This document shows positions 49,944 to 63,993 of a DNA stretch of 64,000 bases, one piece after another. Origin of the DNA: Tubulanus polymorphus. Lineage: Eukaryota > Animalia > Nemertea. The notes below the pieces were generated by a model, which did no database searches, was not told the origin of the DNA, and saw only the letters and a program-made list of their open reading frames with translations. Location: NCBI RefSeq assembly GCF_964204645.1, contig NC_134026.1, positions 1,697,950 to 1,761,949 on the forward strand. Reading direction: 5' to 3'. How positions within the stretch are numbered: position 1 is the first letter of the stretch; every line of letters begins with the position of its first letter. The position numbers were made by a program, and so were the translations under genes.

Positions 49944-50926
49944 TACCGGTAACTGTTCTAGTCATATTCACAATTATGTTCAGTTGGTGAACTAAAAAAA
50001 AAACTGTGCTTTCTGTTTCATTTTGTTGTCACCTCAGTGAAGGCCGATGAAATAGATTTGATTTAACGAGGGCATTTCAGATGTAAAGATGTAATTATAT
50101 ACTTTTTTGAGTGATGTAACCATCGTGTGGGTGACACTAAATATCCACTGTAGCAATTACTATAGTAGTGTACTGTACTGAATTGATGTAGAGCTTGATC
50201 TAACTCTGGTACATGCTTGTAAATGTAATTAAAAATCTTCTACATTTTGGCTCCATGATTTACGGTATATCGCTAAAATAGATGTTCACCATACAATCAA
50301 TAATCTAACTTACTAAGCCCTGTTATAGATTCTAGGCATCTTTGAGGAGGTATCTATAATGAATATTAACAAGTAATATCGGATGTACTGGTACTACAAT
50401 TTATGATGAATTAATGTTTTAATATATGGGAACAGACAATAGCTCTTATATGAGTGATCGTGTAACTCATGAATTAAAAGCTTTTATTGGATACGGTATT
50501 TTGTGTTATATATATATATACAGTATGATATGTGTATTCGTGAAAGTATTTTTGGCAAGAAATTCTATATACTACTGTTATAAAATCACTCGCAATGTAC
50601 AGGCATCTTCACTTGTAAATAAAAGTTCATTTTAAAATATCCTTCATGAAATGAATTTGTTTTCTCTCCTTTTGCGAGTCCTTCTTCATATCCTTACAGA
50701 CTGACAAGCAACAACATTAGAGATAATTCATATCATAACTTAGTCATTTATTATATACACAATTCATATATTATGGTTGGTTCGTCGATCTAAGGTAAAA
50801 TGCACTAAAAAAACAACACCACCTCATTTCTAGTAACCAGTTTTACTTCGTTGAATTGAGAGTGATTTAAAATAGTTCTGAAAGTATCAATAGACCATTT
50901 GTCCATTTCCAAACATCTAGCTGCTA

Positions 50927-52988
50927 TTAAGGTAGAGGGGTGCCTGCTGTGTACGGATCAATTAACAATTGAGAAAATGCGGTCACTTGCTCGGTACCTC
51001 TGACTTCGTGGTCTAACAATGGTAATTTAGAAATGTTGAAATCCTCGTATAAATCTTCAATCTGTAAGGAAGAATACAGAAACCAATCTGCGTAAGTTTG
51101 ACGACGATTTTTTCTGGCGGACAGATTTCAGCGATGATGAATGTCGTACTCACTTGATCTAAATATTTGGATTGTATTTTGTGTCGCGACGCGCACATTT
51201 TACATGGTTTCTCTCCCTGACCGAGAAACAACAACTGATTCACTACGATATTATGCGTATCGATGCCACATTTCGTAAGTTCCTGAACGAGTCTTTCAGT
51301 TTCATAAAGCGATAAAAACTCCGCTATACAAACGCACACGAATGTCGTCTGGTCCTGAAATCATCCGACAAAGATCTCGATGAAATTGCGATTTGAATTT
51401 CTACTTCAATTATGAATCCCGGGTAGAACTTACCGGATTTCTAAACTGTTCATTAACCTGGCGTATGACTGGTAAAATATCTTCTAATTTTTTCGTCATT
51501 TCATCAGCGTTTAATTCTTGCATACCTAACATACCGGCTATCTAAATGATAAATGAATTTTCAACAATATCACAAGACAGCTTATTCTGGCTGCATTGAA
51601 CGAATACCCAAACTGTTTTCTTTCCTAACATTTTGGGTTGATTTTTCAAATAAACTATACATCATTTTTCAAATAACTCTGAAGACAGTTGTAAGTATTC
51701 CACTCAAAATGTAAGGAAAGAAACAATCGCATTTGTTTAAATTGATATTGTGATTTTTACTTCTATGTTCAAGAAATAATCCATTTACAATATTCTGGTT
51801 GCAGTTTGCTGAAACTAAATCCACGAATCATATTGAAACGTTCCTAATTGAAACTTACTTGTGAAATGAATGGACTAATTTGATTTTTTAGCCGTAATAA
51901 TTTCGAAAGTCCTTTTTCAACAACAGCTGGGAATGAAAGCAAGCGTAGCGTATGACCAGTGGGGGCAGTGTCGAATACAACCACAGAGAAATTCATACTT
52001 TTCACTAACCTACAATCGACACAATAACAGATTTACTGGTGTATGTCAAAACCAAGCTGTTTCATACTAACAATATACATTCTGTATTAACTGCATACAA
52101 AAATATATATAAAGTAAAATGAATATCTAGCTTTACAATGATATTTTTTTCAATCAAATATAGGCTACCTCATAACTTCAGCATAACTCATAGCTTCATC
52201 GATTCCGGGAAAAGCACCCATCAATTCCTGCATCATTCCTTGTGCTAAATTTCCACCTCCACCACCTAAATATCAATATCAGTTACGATACCACAACTCA
52301 TGTTTACAATACACAATTCACTTATAGAATACTATTTTGATTATCTATTGCAATTAGGCCCTATTCATTTTTCATTAATACTTTGCGACATTCACCTTCT
52401 TCAAAATATTCTTCCGGCAATTCGGAAAATCCCAAATTAGGATCTATCTCCTGAAGAAAAAATTTTATCGTCAGTAAAAGATTAGTAGTACATTTAGGTT
52501 TATTCATATAGAAATATAGATATCAATCAATAGAAGTCACAAGTTACATACCATAGCATAGAGGTTCTCAAATCCTTTGACTTTTGTCGGAACTTTACTA
52601 AATTTCTGATCAAATGCATCGGAAATATTATGAGCTGGATCGGTAGATATAATGAGAACATTCTCTCTTACTTTACTCAACTGTACAGCTAAACTACAGC
52701 TGAAATAACAATATTCATAAAGCAACGTTTTAACATTAGCCCGATGTGATGTGACATTTCATCCATTTCATCAGTTCTGCTTTTGCCAACACCCCGTTAC
52801 GCGAACACAACCGTATGGCGTTCAACTCGGTTCAAACGAGTCGTTATTACGGTGAGGTTTTCATACCTGCAGGTGGTTTTCCCAACTCCTCCTTTACCAC
52901 CAACAAATACCCATTTCAATGATGTCTGGTCCAAGATATTCTGTAAATGAGGAGGCAACGGTTCGTAATCGTCACCCGCGGCAGCCAT
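50927..52988 (-). CDS. GET3: ATPase GET3/ASNA1/TRC40
   Basis: [80 protein letters not shown], and final exon IEDLYEDF...AGTPLP*. Confidence 0.97.
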
Positions 52989-53384
52989 TGTATAACTCGC
53001 TTGCCACAGCAACTTCTCAGGCTCGGTAGAAATGAGGAACGAGTGAATAAATTACCCTGGTTTTCACGTACACATTTATTTGAAATCAATTTGTAATACA
53101 TTTACAGAATAGTTTTCTCAACCCAACGCACAATACACATAATATCTTAAAATATACACCTGTAAATCAAATCCATTAAAGCTGTATACATATAATACTA
53201 TATCTTAAAATGTAAAGGATTGAATCTTGAATATTTTACACCAATAACAATATAACTATCCTAAATAGAACTTTCCACATGCCAAATTAAGGTTCTAAGA
53301 CATGGCAGAGGGGAAACTTTTAATAGTAAAACCTTCTATGAGCCTTTTTAATAGAAGACGTTTAATGAGGCTTTGACTCGGATA

Positions 53385-54919
53385 TCAACGTCTACTTTCG
53401 AGATAATTAGTTAACGACATCGGAGGGCGATGAAAATAACTGTATTTATTTTCGACCTCGGTTTGCTTCTGGTCGTTGACTACGACGCTCTGACTGATCA
53501 GATCTAAATACTGACAAACCGCGTGCAGTAATAAACGTTCGTAACTGTTTGATAAATGAGATATAAATACGGATGTCGGCCAATCTGTGAAAAACTCAGT
53601 CACTTCTTCCTCCAAATACGATAATGTGCCCTGAAAACAAAACCAATAATTCATGGTTAACTTTCAATTAATGTTCTATACATTAGGTTCAAGATGATGA
53701 AGATCCAATTTAATCTGGTAAAACCTCCCATAACAAACGCTTTTTCTTTGGAACCCGATTCATTATTATTATTTCACACCATCTGTGGGTAATTCTATTG
53801 AATGATTATGTAATCATAATATTTCAGGACCCATAATGTTCCAGGGAATCCACTTATTACAAGGCATCTTTCAAATTAAATGTGAGGTTGATTTGAATTT
53901 TTCTATTTTGGTGCAGCACACACAATTGAAACAACCTCAATCCAAAACTTAGTGAGTTTATTTTATTTACCTTTGGAAGATGCCTCCTTTTCAGAATCGA
54001 CTTTAGATTGCTATCAATACGCTTGAAACACTCCTCAGCAGAGTAGGCTGGGTGAGCTGAAATCATTCGGTGTATCGGTAAAAATTTCCATCATTTTCTT
54101 TCAAATGCAAACATTTTCGATATATTCATTTACCAATTCTTAAATCTTCCCATTCTTCCTCAGTGTTAGACAAAGTTGTCTCTTCAGGCAAATTGTCATT
54201 TGATTTTTTTTCATTATTTGCTGCTGCATTTTTCTCATCAGATCGTTTCAATACCTTTTCCTGGTCTTCTTCTGAGTAATTGAGAAAATCATTCCATATC
54301 TAAAACAGCAGAGCATGCAGAGCGCCATTTAAATCGAAATCCCAAGAATTAAAATCAGTCATAATTAGGGCCCATACCAGGTAGTCACTTTTAACATTAG
54401 TCTCTTTTACCTTCATTTTTTCTTTTTCACACAGAATTTCTGCAAATGCAGACATCGATGGTTCCATGAAATCAAATATATCAATTTCACCATATTCTTC
54501 ATTTTCAACAAGGCCAAGCAAAAAATTCACTGAAAATGCAAAAATTTTGCCTTTTATTCCAATTTAATTATGGGAAGTAGAATAACCAAACAAGTCATTA
54601 TCTGTAGACAAGATTAATCAATTGAATAATTCAACTCTTAATTATATCTTAAATTTTCGAACAGTTTTCTAATCGCCTTGCGCTGCGACTTCCAAGTTTA
54701 GCTTTACGGCGAGATGACTGCTTCACTTTATTTTCGGATTCATGAAGAATCTTCTGCTGGTCTTCCACGGTTTCTCTTTAAAAAACAAATGAAATACAGA
54801 AAGATGTAGATCACAAGAAATATGTAGGTCAGTTTTAAATTAAACTGTACTGCAGCACCATTAATTCATCTCGCTATATCAGTCACTAACTTGTTAGAGT
54901 CGTTTGTAACTGTCATCAT
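53385..54919 (-). CDS. R3HDM4: R3H domain-containing protein 4
   Basis: GSRSARRLEN, SAFAEIL, IWNDFLNYSEEDQE, HPAYSAEECFKRID..LKRRHLP, LEEEVTEFF, SYERLLLHAVCQYLDL (R3H: RxxxH). Confidence 0.9.
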
Positions 54920-55601
54920 GCCGTTGATTGCAAATCACTGAAAATTACACGATCGTGTAAAAAGCCTAATTGCACCACTGTCCAACTAATTGTCAAATTC
55001 ACTGAACCGTGACAGATCTGTCATAAATAATGGTGAATGTTCACTGCTGGCTTGAAGAAACGGGGAACGGCCAACATTTTTCTGAGATTCTACCACCATT
55101 CAAAACTTATCAATCTATAAAGAATTTATATTTTTGATTGATTTTTTGACGTGAAAAGTGCCGATATCGAATTAATGTTAGATTCATCAAGCGTATAATC
55201 CGTATACCTTTACTAGGATTCGAACCCATATCACTCCGATCAGATCCACCTTCCACCTAAATCTCAAGGTCGCGGAGCGAATTCTATGAAATCATTTCCG
55301 GGTTTTATAAATTTTGACATTTATCGTGGTTATATCTGTGTTTATCGGCTTATCTCAAGATTAGATAACGGTCAGACTAGATAAACAATTATAGAATAGA
55401 TTTCGTTAATGCACTGTCGGTATGTATTAACCGTTAATTCATTTATCTGTGACAAGAATTTGTTGAAAAAATTTGAATAATTCAAATTGATTGCATCCTT
55501 TTATTTATGTTGTGTGTATATCGTCCATCTTCAGGGCAAAATATAGAAACATAAATGAAATCAAGTAACAGCAAACAGTTGGTGGTATTGAGTGATATAG
55601 C

Positions 55602-57176
55602 ATGATGGAGGTTGTTGAATCTTGGTGTTTGGTCTCGGCGTTCAATTCTACGACAGAATTTATTCAAGAGTTATTTGTAATGCTGAAACTGCATTTAATC
55701 GATTGGGCTTATTTGCACTGGTTGTTATGGTTATTGTACCCGGTGATTATTTCGTTTCTGTTACCGGCTCTGTTAGTCGTGTTTCTCTATGCATCTGCGT
55801 TATTCCTATATATATATCAGCACCGTCATCGTTTGAGAGACGCTTATTCTCGTGATTTTTGGGACGGTGCTAGAGATACTCTGGCCGTTTTATGGGATTT
55901 TCAAGGTAGAATCTGGCATGGTGAGTATACTCTGACGTATAGTCATTCAATTGATTATCTTATCTAGGCTAATTTCTCATTTCATTTGCTTCAATATATC
56001 TTCGTAGGTTATGAGATAATTGATGCTGAGAAATTACCGACCGAGGGACCGGCATTGCTCATCTACTATCACGGAGTCGTACCTATAGACATGTATTATT
56101 TACTATCGCGAATAAAAATCAAAATCAACCGACACATACGCTGTGTAGGAGATAAATTTCTGTTTAAAATTCCAGGTAAGAGTTCAGGATCATCAATTGT
56201 TCATTCAGTGTTTATTTCTTGATGTCTGAAAATTTGTGATTATTTTCCAGGTTTTCGTTTATTGATGGATGTTGTAGGTGTATTTCCCGGTACTGTGCCT
56301 AGTTGTGTCGAGGTACTTAAAGAAGGTCATATTCTCAGCATAGCTCCCGGTAATTTCAGTTGTGTCTAGTTTGAAATCAAGATCCTTATTTCTTTTGACT
56401 GATAAGTATGAAGTACACAGTGATAAAAGCATTGATTTCTGTTGTTGTTTATAGGTGGCGTGAGAGAAGCTCTGTTCGCTGATCCAACTTATAACATTAT
56501 TTGGGGTAAAAGAGTTGGTTTTGCTAAAGTTGCTCTCCAGGCACAAGTAGTAAGTTCTGACTAAATCTTTTCTAAATCCTGAAAGTTTCTTGCTTTGAAA
56601 TAATCTAGCTTCTCCGTTGACCTCCCTGATAAGCCTCAACTTTATTCTTTCGCAGCCAATTATTCCAGTATTTACACAAAACTGCCGAGAAGCCTTATGT
56701 ACTTTAGAAATCGGTAGAAGTGAGTATGAATGAATGATGATTCTCTTTACCTCAGCTTTTCCCGTTATATTTGCAAGTTAAAAACTTTACTATCCAATGG
56801 TGGCTTAAATGTAGAAATCTTATTTTTCAGAGTATTTACGACAATTATACGAAAAAACGCGATTGCCTTTAGTTCCGATTTATGGATATTTTCCGGTTAA
56901 GTTGAGAACGTTCATCGGTGATCCGATTCCATATGAAGAATTCAAAGATATGACCCCCGAAGATCTATCTGCGAAGGTACAAAAACCTCTTTATGCAATA
57001 TTGAATATCAATCTTCATAAATTGGCTTTATTATATATGATGAATACTATTGATTTTAATCACAGGTGCAGACGGCAATTCTAGATCTGATTAATAAACA
57101 CCAACGAGTACCGGGCAGTATAACTAGAGCATTATGGGAAAGAATCTGTCCAAGTCCGATAATAACTGAAACATGA
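55602..57176 (+). CDS. TMEM68: TMEM68 (DIESL) acyltransferase
   Basis: LLWLLYP..LLP, DFWDGAR..WDFQGRIWHG|YEI, GPALLIYYHGVVPIDMYY, IAPGGVREALF, IIPVFTQNCRE, PIYGYFPVKLRTFIGDPIP, HQRVPGSITRALWER. Confidence 0.94.
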
Positions 57177-60100
57177 CCGGCTACTGGTTACATCGAGTCG
57201 TCAAACCTCAATAAGCACACGTGATGTCAAAATATTATTCATTACATTTATTCATTTCTATTGTTTTATTAGATTCAGTCAGTAGTTTAGAAAAAAATGT
57301 AATTTGAATCCTATGATCCTGAACTTAATACATGTCGAAATTGCTAGTCTAATTATAAGGCTATTTTTGAACATGTAGCAAAAACTGATTGAAGGGATAT
57401 AAAGATAATGTAAGCTCAAATTTGCATTTTTTAGACAATAATGGAAATTGGGATTAAAATTCCACAAATGCATTTTTATCTCAGTTCTTTTTATAAGAAT
57501 GATTTTTTTGTTTGATATTGCACTTCAAGCCGTGGTAAAATGGCTTTCTGATAAATAACGGACCCTCGAGTGATCAGTGAATACCATCAGATAATCAAGA
57601 CCTTCAATTTTTAACTCAACAATGTGCTAAACGATCTTTGAATTACATTTACTGGTACATTGTAACATAATATGTACAAATATTTTCATCCTTTTTACGA
57701 ATTGTTCGTATAGTGCTTATAAAATGCATGTAAAGTGTGTATTCTTATGTATTGTAACTAATAGTGTATTCCATGAGTAAAATCCACCTCATTATACGTG
57801 TATCGATTGTTATGTTGTAATTTATAAAAAATAAATGTAAGTATTTTGTTAATTGAATGTTTTAGTGTTTAATGACTTCCGGATCTAGTCCATTTGAACA
57901 GCAGTTGGATCATGGACTCAAAAGTTTTTTAAGAGTCCAGAGCTGATTACTCCATGGCTGGACTGATGAATTACTGGCACAATTGCAAGTCGACCTTCGG
58001 ATGATTAGGGGTGTTAGTACTGCTGTACTAATGAATCATAACCATCGAGGTTCCAAGAACAACAATATATTTTGCAATATTCAAACAAGAAGATAACTGA
58101 CAGTTTGCTATCAGTGGACCCTTTAGGGGGAGGCAGGTACAGACTCATCTTTCAGTATTACACTGCTGCTTCGGTTAGTCATCGTATTTCACAGGTTTTC
58201 ATTATTTGTTTAATCAGTCCAGAACGTGCTGTGACAAAGTCTACTTTTGATGTGAAATAACCTTTGAACAGATAACAAAGAAGAATTGACAAATATTGAA
58301 TTAACAATTATACTTGTATTTATTTTAACATTTATCTCAACAAAACATACGAAAGTTGAAATAAAAAACACTTGTCAATAATTTGAATGTCTTGCATCGA
58401 TACAGACTTAACCTGAACTTAAAACCTGATTTCAGTATTTGAAAAAAATATTTCATCACAAACATAGATAAAATAGAATGAAATTTTACCAGGCAAACTA
58501 ATAAATCAAAGTTTAGTGGTTGCTTTTTATTATGATAGCAGTCACATAAATGCAATGAATGTTTTCACATACAAGATCATGAAATCATATCCTATATCAT
58601 TATTACCCTTGACAATAGATTATATCTGCCGAATTCTACAATGAAACAAAAATTAACATAGCATTTTATGTCCACGATTTACTTGGTTTTAATTTGAGAA
58701 AGTATTTGTTTGTGCAAACACAAAAATACCTGTCTTTGTATCAAGAGCTCAAGAATCGGGTAAGTCTCAGTTCTAACATCAGTTTATACGAGTACAGTAA
58801 CTTCTCTTGGGAAAGAGAGTCATACTTATGTATGAGTCAATTATGTCATTCAAAAGGCTTCAATAACAGTATTTCCGAGAACAATCAAACTTGTCAACAG
58901 TCGGTGCAAAATCTACTCAGTTCACAAACAAATTCTATGATTGCAAGGCATGAAAATTGCATCACATGAAAATTTAATAAGTTAATTTGCTGCATATGTG
59001 AGAATTGACTTGCATAAATAAATATTATGTCACTCGCTATATTAGCTGACTAAACCCTGTTTATATAGCATTATTCTATCAGTTTAAACTCAATAAAGTT
59101 AAGTAGGCTATAGGTACAAAAACGTTTTTATCATTACTTGTTCAGATAATGAATTTATGAAGGTCCATACAATAAGTTGCAGGTTGGTTAGTGAATTTTA
59201 CTAAGAGTTTGGAAAAACTTTCAATTTCCCTGATTTTCGAATCAGTATCAGGTGACTCATAAAATGTGAAATATCTAGGGTTCCAAAGCTGCCGGGTCTA
59301 TTATACACACATTACTACTATACATGTACCAGCATCAAGCAGAAATAATACAAATCATCATAATTTAAAGCACCACTATTAGTATACTGAAATATGATAT
59401 TGAAATGAATACTTAAGTCTATAAAATATATATAATCAGATATTTTTCCGGTTACGCAAGTGTTGCATCATTTTGTTTTATAAAACATCATATCTTATCA
59501 TCACTAGAGAATTGTGTCTGAAATAAAAAGTCTTTGTGTTGATATCATATGCATGTTCTATATGGCCAGACTACTAGAATATAATAATTTCAGCAAAAAT
59601 ACAGTTAGTGTGACTAATGACAGATATCATCGGTTACAATGAGCATATAATAACAGACAGTGATTAGTACACTCATCTCCATGGCAGGGATTTTAGTAAG
59701 CACCGATGGAACAACATTTATTAGATGGCACAGTATTTCTCTATTGACATACATAAGTAGTATAAGCAGTTATACTCCAGGGTTCTCATGTAAATAGAGT
59801 ACTAGGTACGTGCAGAGGAATATTTAATGAATTTTGAAGATGCCACTCATGTTCATCTGATATCATTTTACACTAAAATAAAGGTGTTCGAAAAGAGTAG
59901 ATACCGAAGGAAGTACATATATTCTATCAAAATACACCCAGTTCTAACATTACAATATTAGCAATAGTGAAATTTTATAGCCCACACTTTACGAGTCTTT
60001 AGGATCCCAGCCAAATTACAAACATTCTACAAGAATGTTTCAGTATTGAAAAGCATGTTGTTTTTTCTCTCTTTCCAGCATAGAAATATAATCTAGCAGG

Positions 60101-60296
60101 CTTAATGATACAAAGAAGCATTCAGCTTGTGTACCTTAATAATTCATTGATAAATATGAAGCTGCTGTTTATTTACTGATCCTAGTTATAAAAATAGAAT
60201 GAACGCCTTCCTTCATCCGTTCAAGGTTTATCACTTCATGCAGTCGAAATACACTTGAATGACTCAAAAAAACATTTCTGATTTCTATACATTGAT

Positions 60297-62777
60297 TCAA
60301 ACCGGTGTTCCAACTGTTCCGCTCGGTACAGACGATTTCTGTTTCTGCGAAGAATTGGATTCAAAAGACGAGCGAACGCTGACCTTCGTCGGAGTACTCG
60401 CCATTAAACCACCTTCGAATTCTAAAACATCCGGTAAACTAATAGTCAAATCAGTCATACCTACTGCAGTGTTATTAGCAGTCGGGCCGGACATCCCGAC
60501 GAACATATGATTAGGTCTAAACGGTCTGATAGCCTGAGATGGATGATACCATTTGTAGAATATCAACATGAAAACGATTCCTACGAAATGACCGAACAAC
60601 ACGAATATGAGGGCCCCGGTGTGATACCACGCGTTACGATTCTCCATAAACAAATACCACGGAACTATCAAACAGACATTCTCTAAATAAATCAACGAAT
60701 AATAAATACTGTATTTATGTCTCGTTTGGCCTTCTTTGACGTTGAAGAAACAGAAAATGTAAATTACGCCGCAAATGATGTCGAAGAAGTACTCTTCGTA
60801 TTTGTGATTGCAGAAGTTTGTTTTTTGTAAAATCAACCACATCGACATGAACACCCAATGACAGCCGATGAATATGAATATGTAGAACCCGTAATGAGAA
60901 GCGAACATCGCGATGGCAACAACACGCGGTCCTATAATAAACGATTGCCACAAAAAGTGGAACAACATTCCGCAGTAGGAGAGATTTTCCTTGTCGTCGC
61001 GAGTGAATCGTAGCGCTTTATGATACGACGTCAACGACCACGCTAAGGACAGTAGAGATATCGAACAACTTACCGCCTGGAATATTACTGAAACAAGAAA
61101 TAAACAAAATACTTAAAAAACATTGATAAAACACTATAAGCAGACGATAATCAGGGGTGGATACGGAGGACTTATCACATCCCAAAAGGGCACTTTGATT
61201 TCCAAAATGGCAATATAAGGTGTACTCCCGAACTGAAATGATGCACCAATCATCTTCGTTGACAAAATGAAAGAGGTCACTCAGAAAGATTTAACTGACT
61301 TGCACAAGTCTTATAAGTCCCCCTGAATCCTCCTCTGATAATCTAAATAGACAATAACATAAAATTTCATAATTTCTGTTGTAACTCGTATCAAACTGTG
61401 TAAACGTTTGAATAAACTACCAGCTCAACGAAACATTTTCGGACTTAATATAATTTTCTTGTTATAATTGTGGAATTCTCTATAGAAAGCAAAATACTCG
61501 CTTGATATTTACTACGCCAGCCCACCTACTCTTAACAGCATTCATATCAATATTGATTTATTTGGAAGAATTTCCGTAGTTATCGATGAAAATGATTTAA
61601 TTAAGCATGTTCTACTTTGCTCTACATAGAGGCAGTCTCTTTAACTACCAGTACTGCATTCATGGAAACCATTTTATCCTGTTGCTAATTAATATTGCTA
61701 GGCAACCGCTCCAAAGCCATAAGGTTTATGTATGCATGCAATGTATTGTATAGAACAATAACTGGCAAAGGAAAAGGCAATTTTTTTCGGTAAAAAAGAC
61801 ATGGCTCAAATATAATTGTATCATATCTAAACGATATCGTAAAGCTAATTTTCTCATCAATTAGGTATTTGAGAATTGAAGATGAAAAATTGAGAAATTT
61901 GGAATTAACCCTATCATATATACGTACCTCTAGGTAAGTCTGTATTTTGTTCTTGGCTGACCATAATATATAATTGTAGAACTAACTGTGGTGCAGATTC
62001 CATAAAACTTTCAATCAATCGCAACAATGTCGAATCTGCATCTTCGTACAACATCAAATTATAATAGTAACGTTTCAAATTGGCTTTTCTGGAAGACTGA
62101 CTTTTCACCCCATAATATAATGATTCCATATATCTGAAAAACAAATATCGCATAAAGTTATCACTGTATACATCTCAAATTGTTACATTTCATTACAGTG
62201 TGAATAAAATGTAACAATTCTTGTGTTATTAGATGTCAATTGGTGGTTATTACAATGTAACAATTACTGAAGTCATCAAGAATCAACATTTCACCATTTC
62301 TATAAAGTTATATTCTAGAGGGATTTTTATCAGTGACAGTAGTGCTTACCGAACAACAGGGGCTAACTGAAGTATTAGGAATATACTGCGTAATATCCAT
62401 TTTAAAGCACCTGCTCTTGACTTGCCGTTATGCGCCATCTCTTGCCTATAATCAGTGATATACCACCACAGGCTAAATAAAGTCATAGTCACTGATGGGA
62501 AGACGATAAATGCAACAGAACAAGCGAAATAGTTAATATCCCCATCTCTATAGTAAACAAGGCAAAGCCAAACATCGGATCCGATATCAGTCATGTAAGT
62601 AATAATTGAAAAAAAAGTTACTGCGAAGTCGACACACGAATATGGCAATTCAGGAGGCGTGCCATCGACAAAATCTTCTCCTAGTTCATCATCATCAGGT
62701 TTAATAATCTCAAATCTATCCGCAATATCCCTTCTTGTACGGATAAACTTTGCTTTGGCTCTTTCATGGTTCGCCAT
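60297..62777 (-). CDS. XK-related protein (XKR4/6/7-like scramblase family), 3 coding exons
   Basis: DIGSDVWLCLVYY, YEDADSTLLRLIESFMESAPQLVLQLY, SLAWSLTSYHKALR, PRVVAIAMFAS, YIFCFFNVKEGQTR, FYKWYHP. Confidence 0.93.
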
Positions 62778-63393
62778 CGTTGCTTCACTACTTGGATTCA
62801 AGGAGGTGCTGCCATCTGACGAGAAAATATAACTGAACCTTGTATCCAGGAGGTGCTGCCACCTTGTGATGATATAAGATCTGTCAATGTTCTCGGCACT
62901 ATTGAAATATCTATTTCGCTAAATATTCAGGTCTATGTTTCAGAATTTTCATAGGCTACTTTTGAATTTTGATTACTGAAATAGGCTTCGCAAAATATTT
63001 CATCGAAACCCGAGCCGTGGAGGTATGTCAGTTTTTGAGCGCGTTGATTGGATGATCGAGGTGGGTGCGACACCAACTCGCGCGCTGATTGGTGGATTAG
63101 TGGGTTTGACATGTGGTTTTTCCTGTTAATTCGTTCACGTGTATTGCCACACACACAGAGCCCACTGCACCTGTGAATTATAACGGCGTAAAAAAACAGG
63201 TTCATATCGGGTTCAAATAGGTTCATATCGGGGACACGAATAGTTTAGGTTGACTGTAGTCTGAGCCCGGCCCTTTTCTCTGCTTGTGATCGACGTACCC
63301 GTACACAGCTTTCAAATCCAGTAAGTGGGTAAGCGTAAGATTTGACAGCTGCTTTTCAGCGATTAGAATTTACTGACGTTCTTTCCGTTCTAG

Positions 63394-63563
63394 CACAGGG
63401 GCTCGTATCATACGTTTGGAGGTGAACTGTAGCTTAGATCATCCAGCAGTATCCCTGGTAAAGAAAATTCTTTCTTTTTATATATATATATATAGTACCA
63501 GGGATACTGGCACGATGATCTAAGCTACAGTTCACCCCCAAACTTATGATATGAGCCCCTGTG
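63394..63563. mobile_element. Foldback MITE with ~66-bp TIRs and 8-bp TSD (hAT-like)
   Basis: CACAGGGGCTCGTATCATACGTTTGGAGGTGAACTGTAGCTTAGATCATC... mirrored at the right end ...CCCCTGTG. Flanked by the exact direct repeat CGTTCTAG (63386-63393 and 63564-63571). Confidence 0.9.
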
Positions 63564-63863
63564 CGTTCTAGAGGACATGATCTTTGTAGGCTACCATCTA
63601 ATGCCAATGGTCAGTAGTTATTAATAAGATAAGCGATAGGTCTATTGGGCCAGGTCTAGATATTGGTATATCTATACTGATATATATTACGGTATGGAAA
63701 TTGCTATCTATGCATTGTTCTATATAGTCTCTTGCCTTGGGCTTCAGGAAATGAAGTAGCTTTAGTCCTCATAATTTACGGCTTAATTGAATAAATTTCA
63801 TTTAGTATCTTCCTTTTTTCTGTCTAGGATTTTTGAAGTCTTATTCAACGCAGCTGTACAAAG

Positions 63864-63993
63864 ATGTCACTTTATGGTATTGTATCGAAACGAAGTTTTG
63901 GAGTTTTACTTCGAAGATGTCTTCCATCTGTAACAAGTTCTGCCCGGTCACTTCATAGTAATGAAATAGAAGAGCCACGTATTCTTATAACAG
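63864..63993 (+). CDS. TDH: First coding exon of a probable mitochondrial L-threonine 3-dehydrogenase (SDR), truncated by the window end
   Basis: MSLYGIVSKRSFGVLLRRCLPSVTSSARSLHSNEIEEPRILITG|GT. An Arg/Ser-rich presequence precedes the Rossmann start PRILITG (metazoan TDH has PRVLITGGLGQLG). Acceptor TCTAG at ~63827. Confidence 0.65.

Noticed and set aside
57174-57224. TGA-C stop readthrough in TMEM68
   Set aside because: The context is weak, the extension is short and featureless, and there is no conservation evidence.
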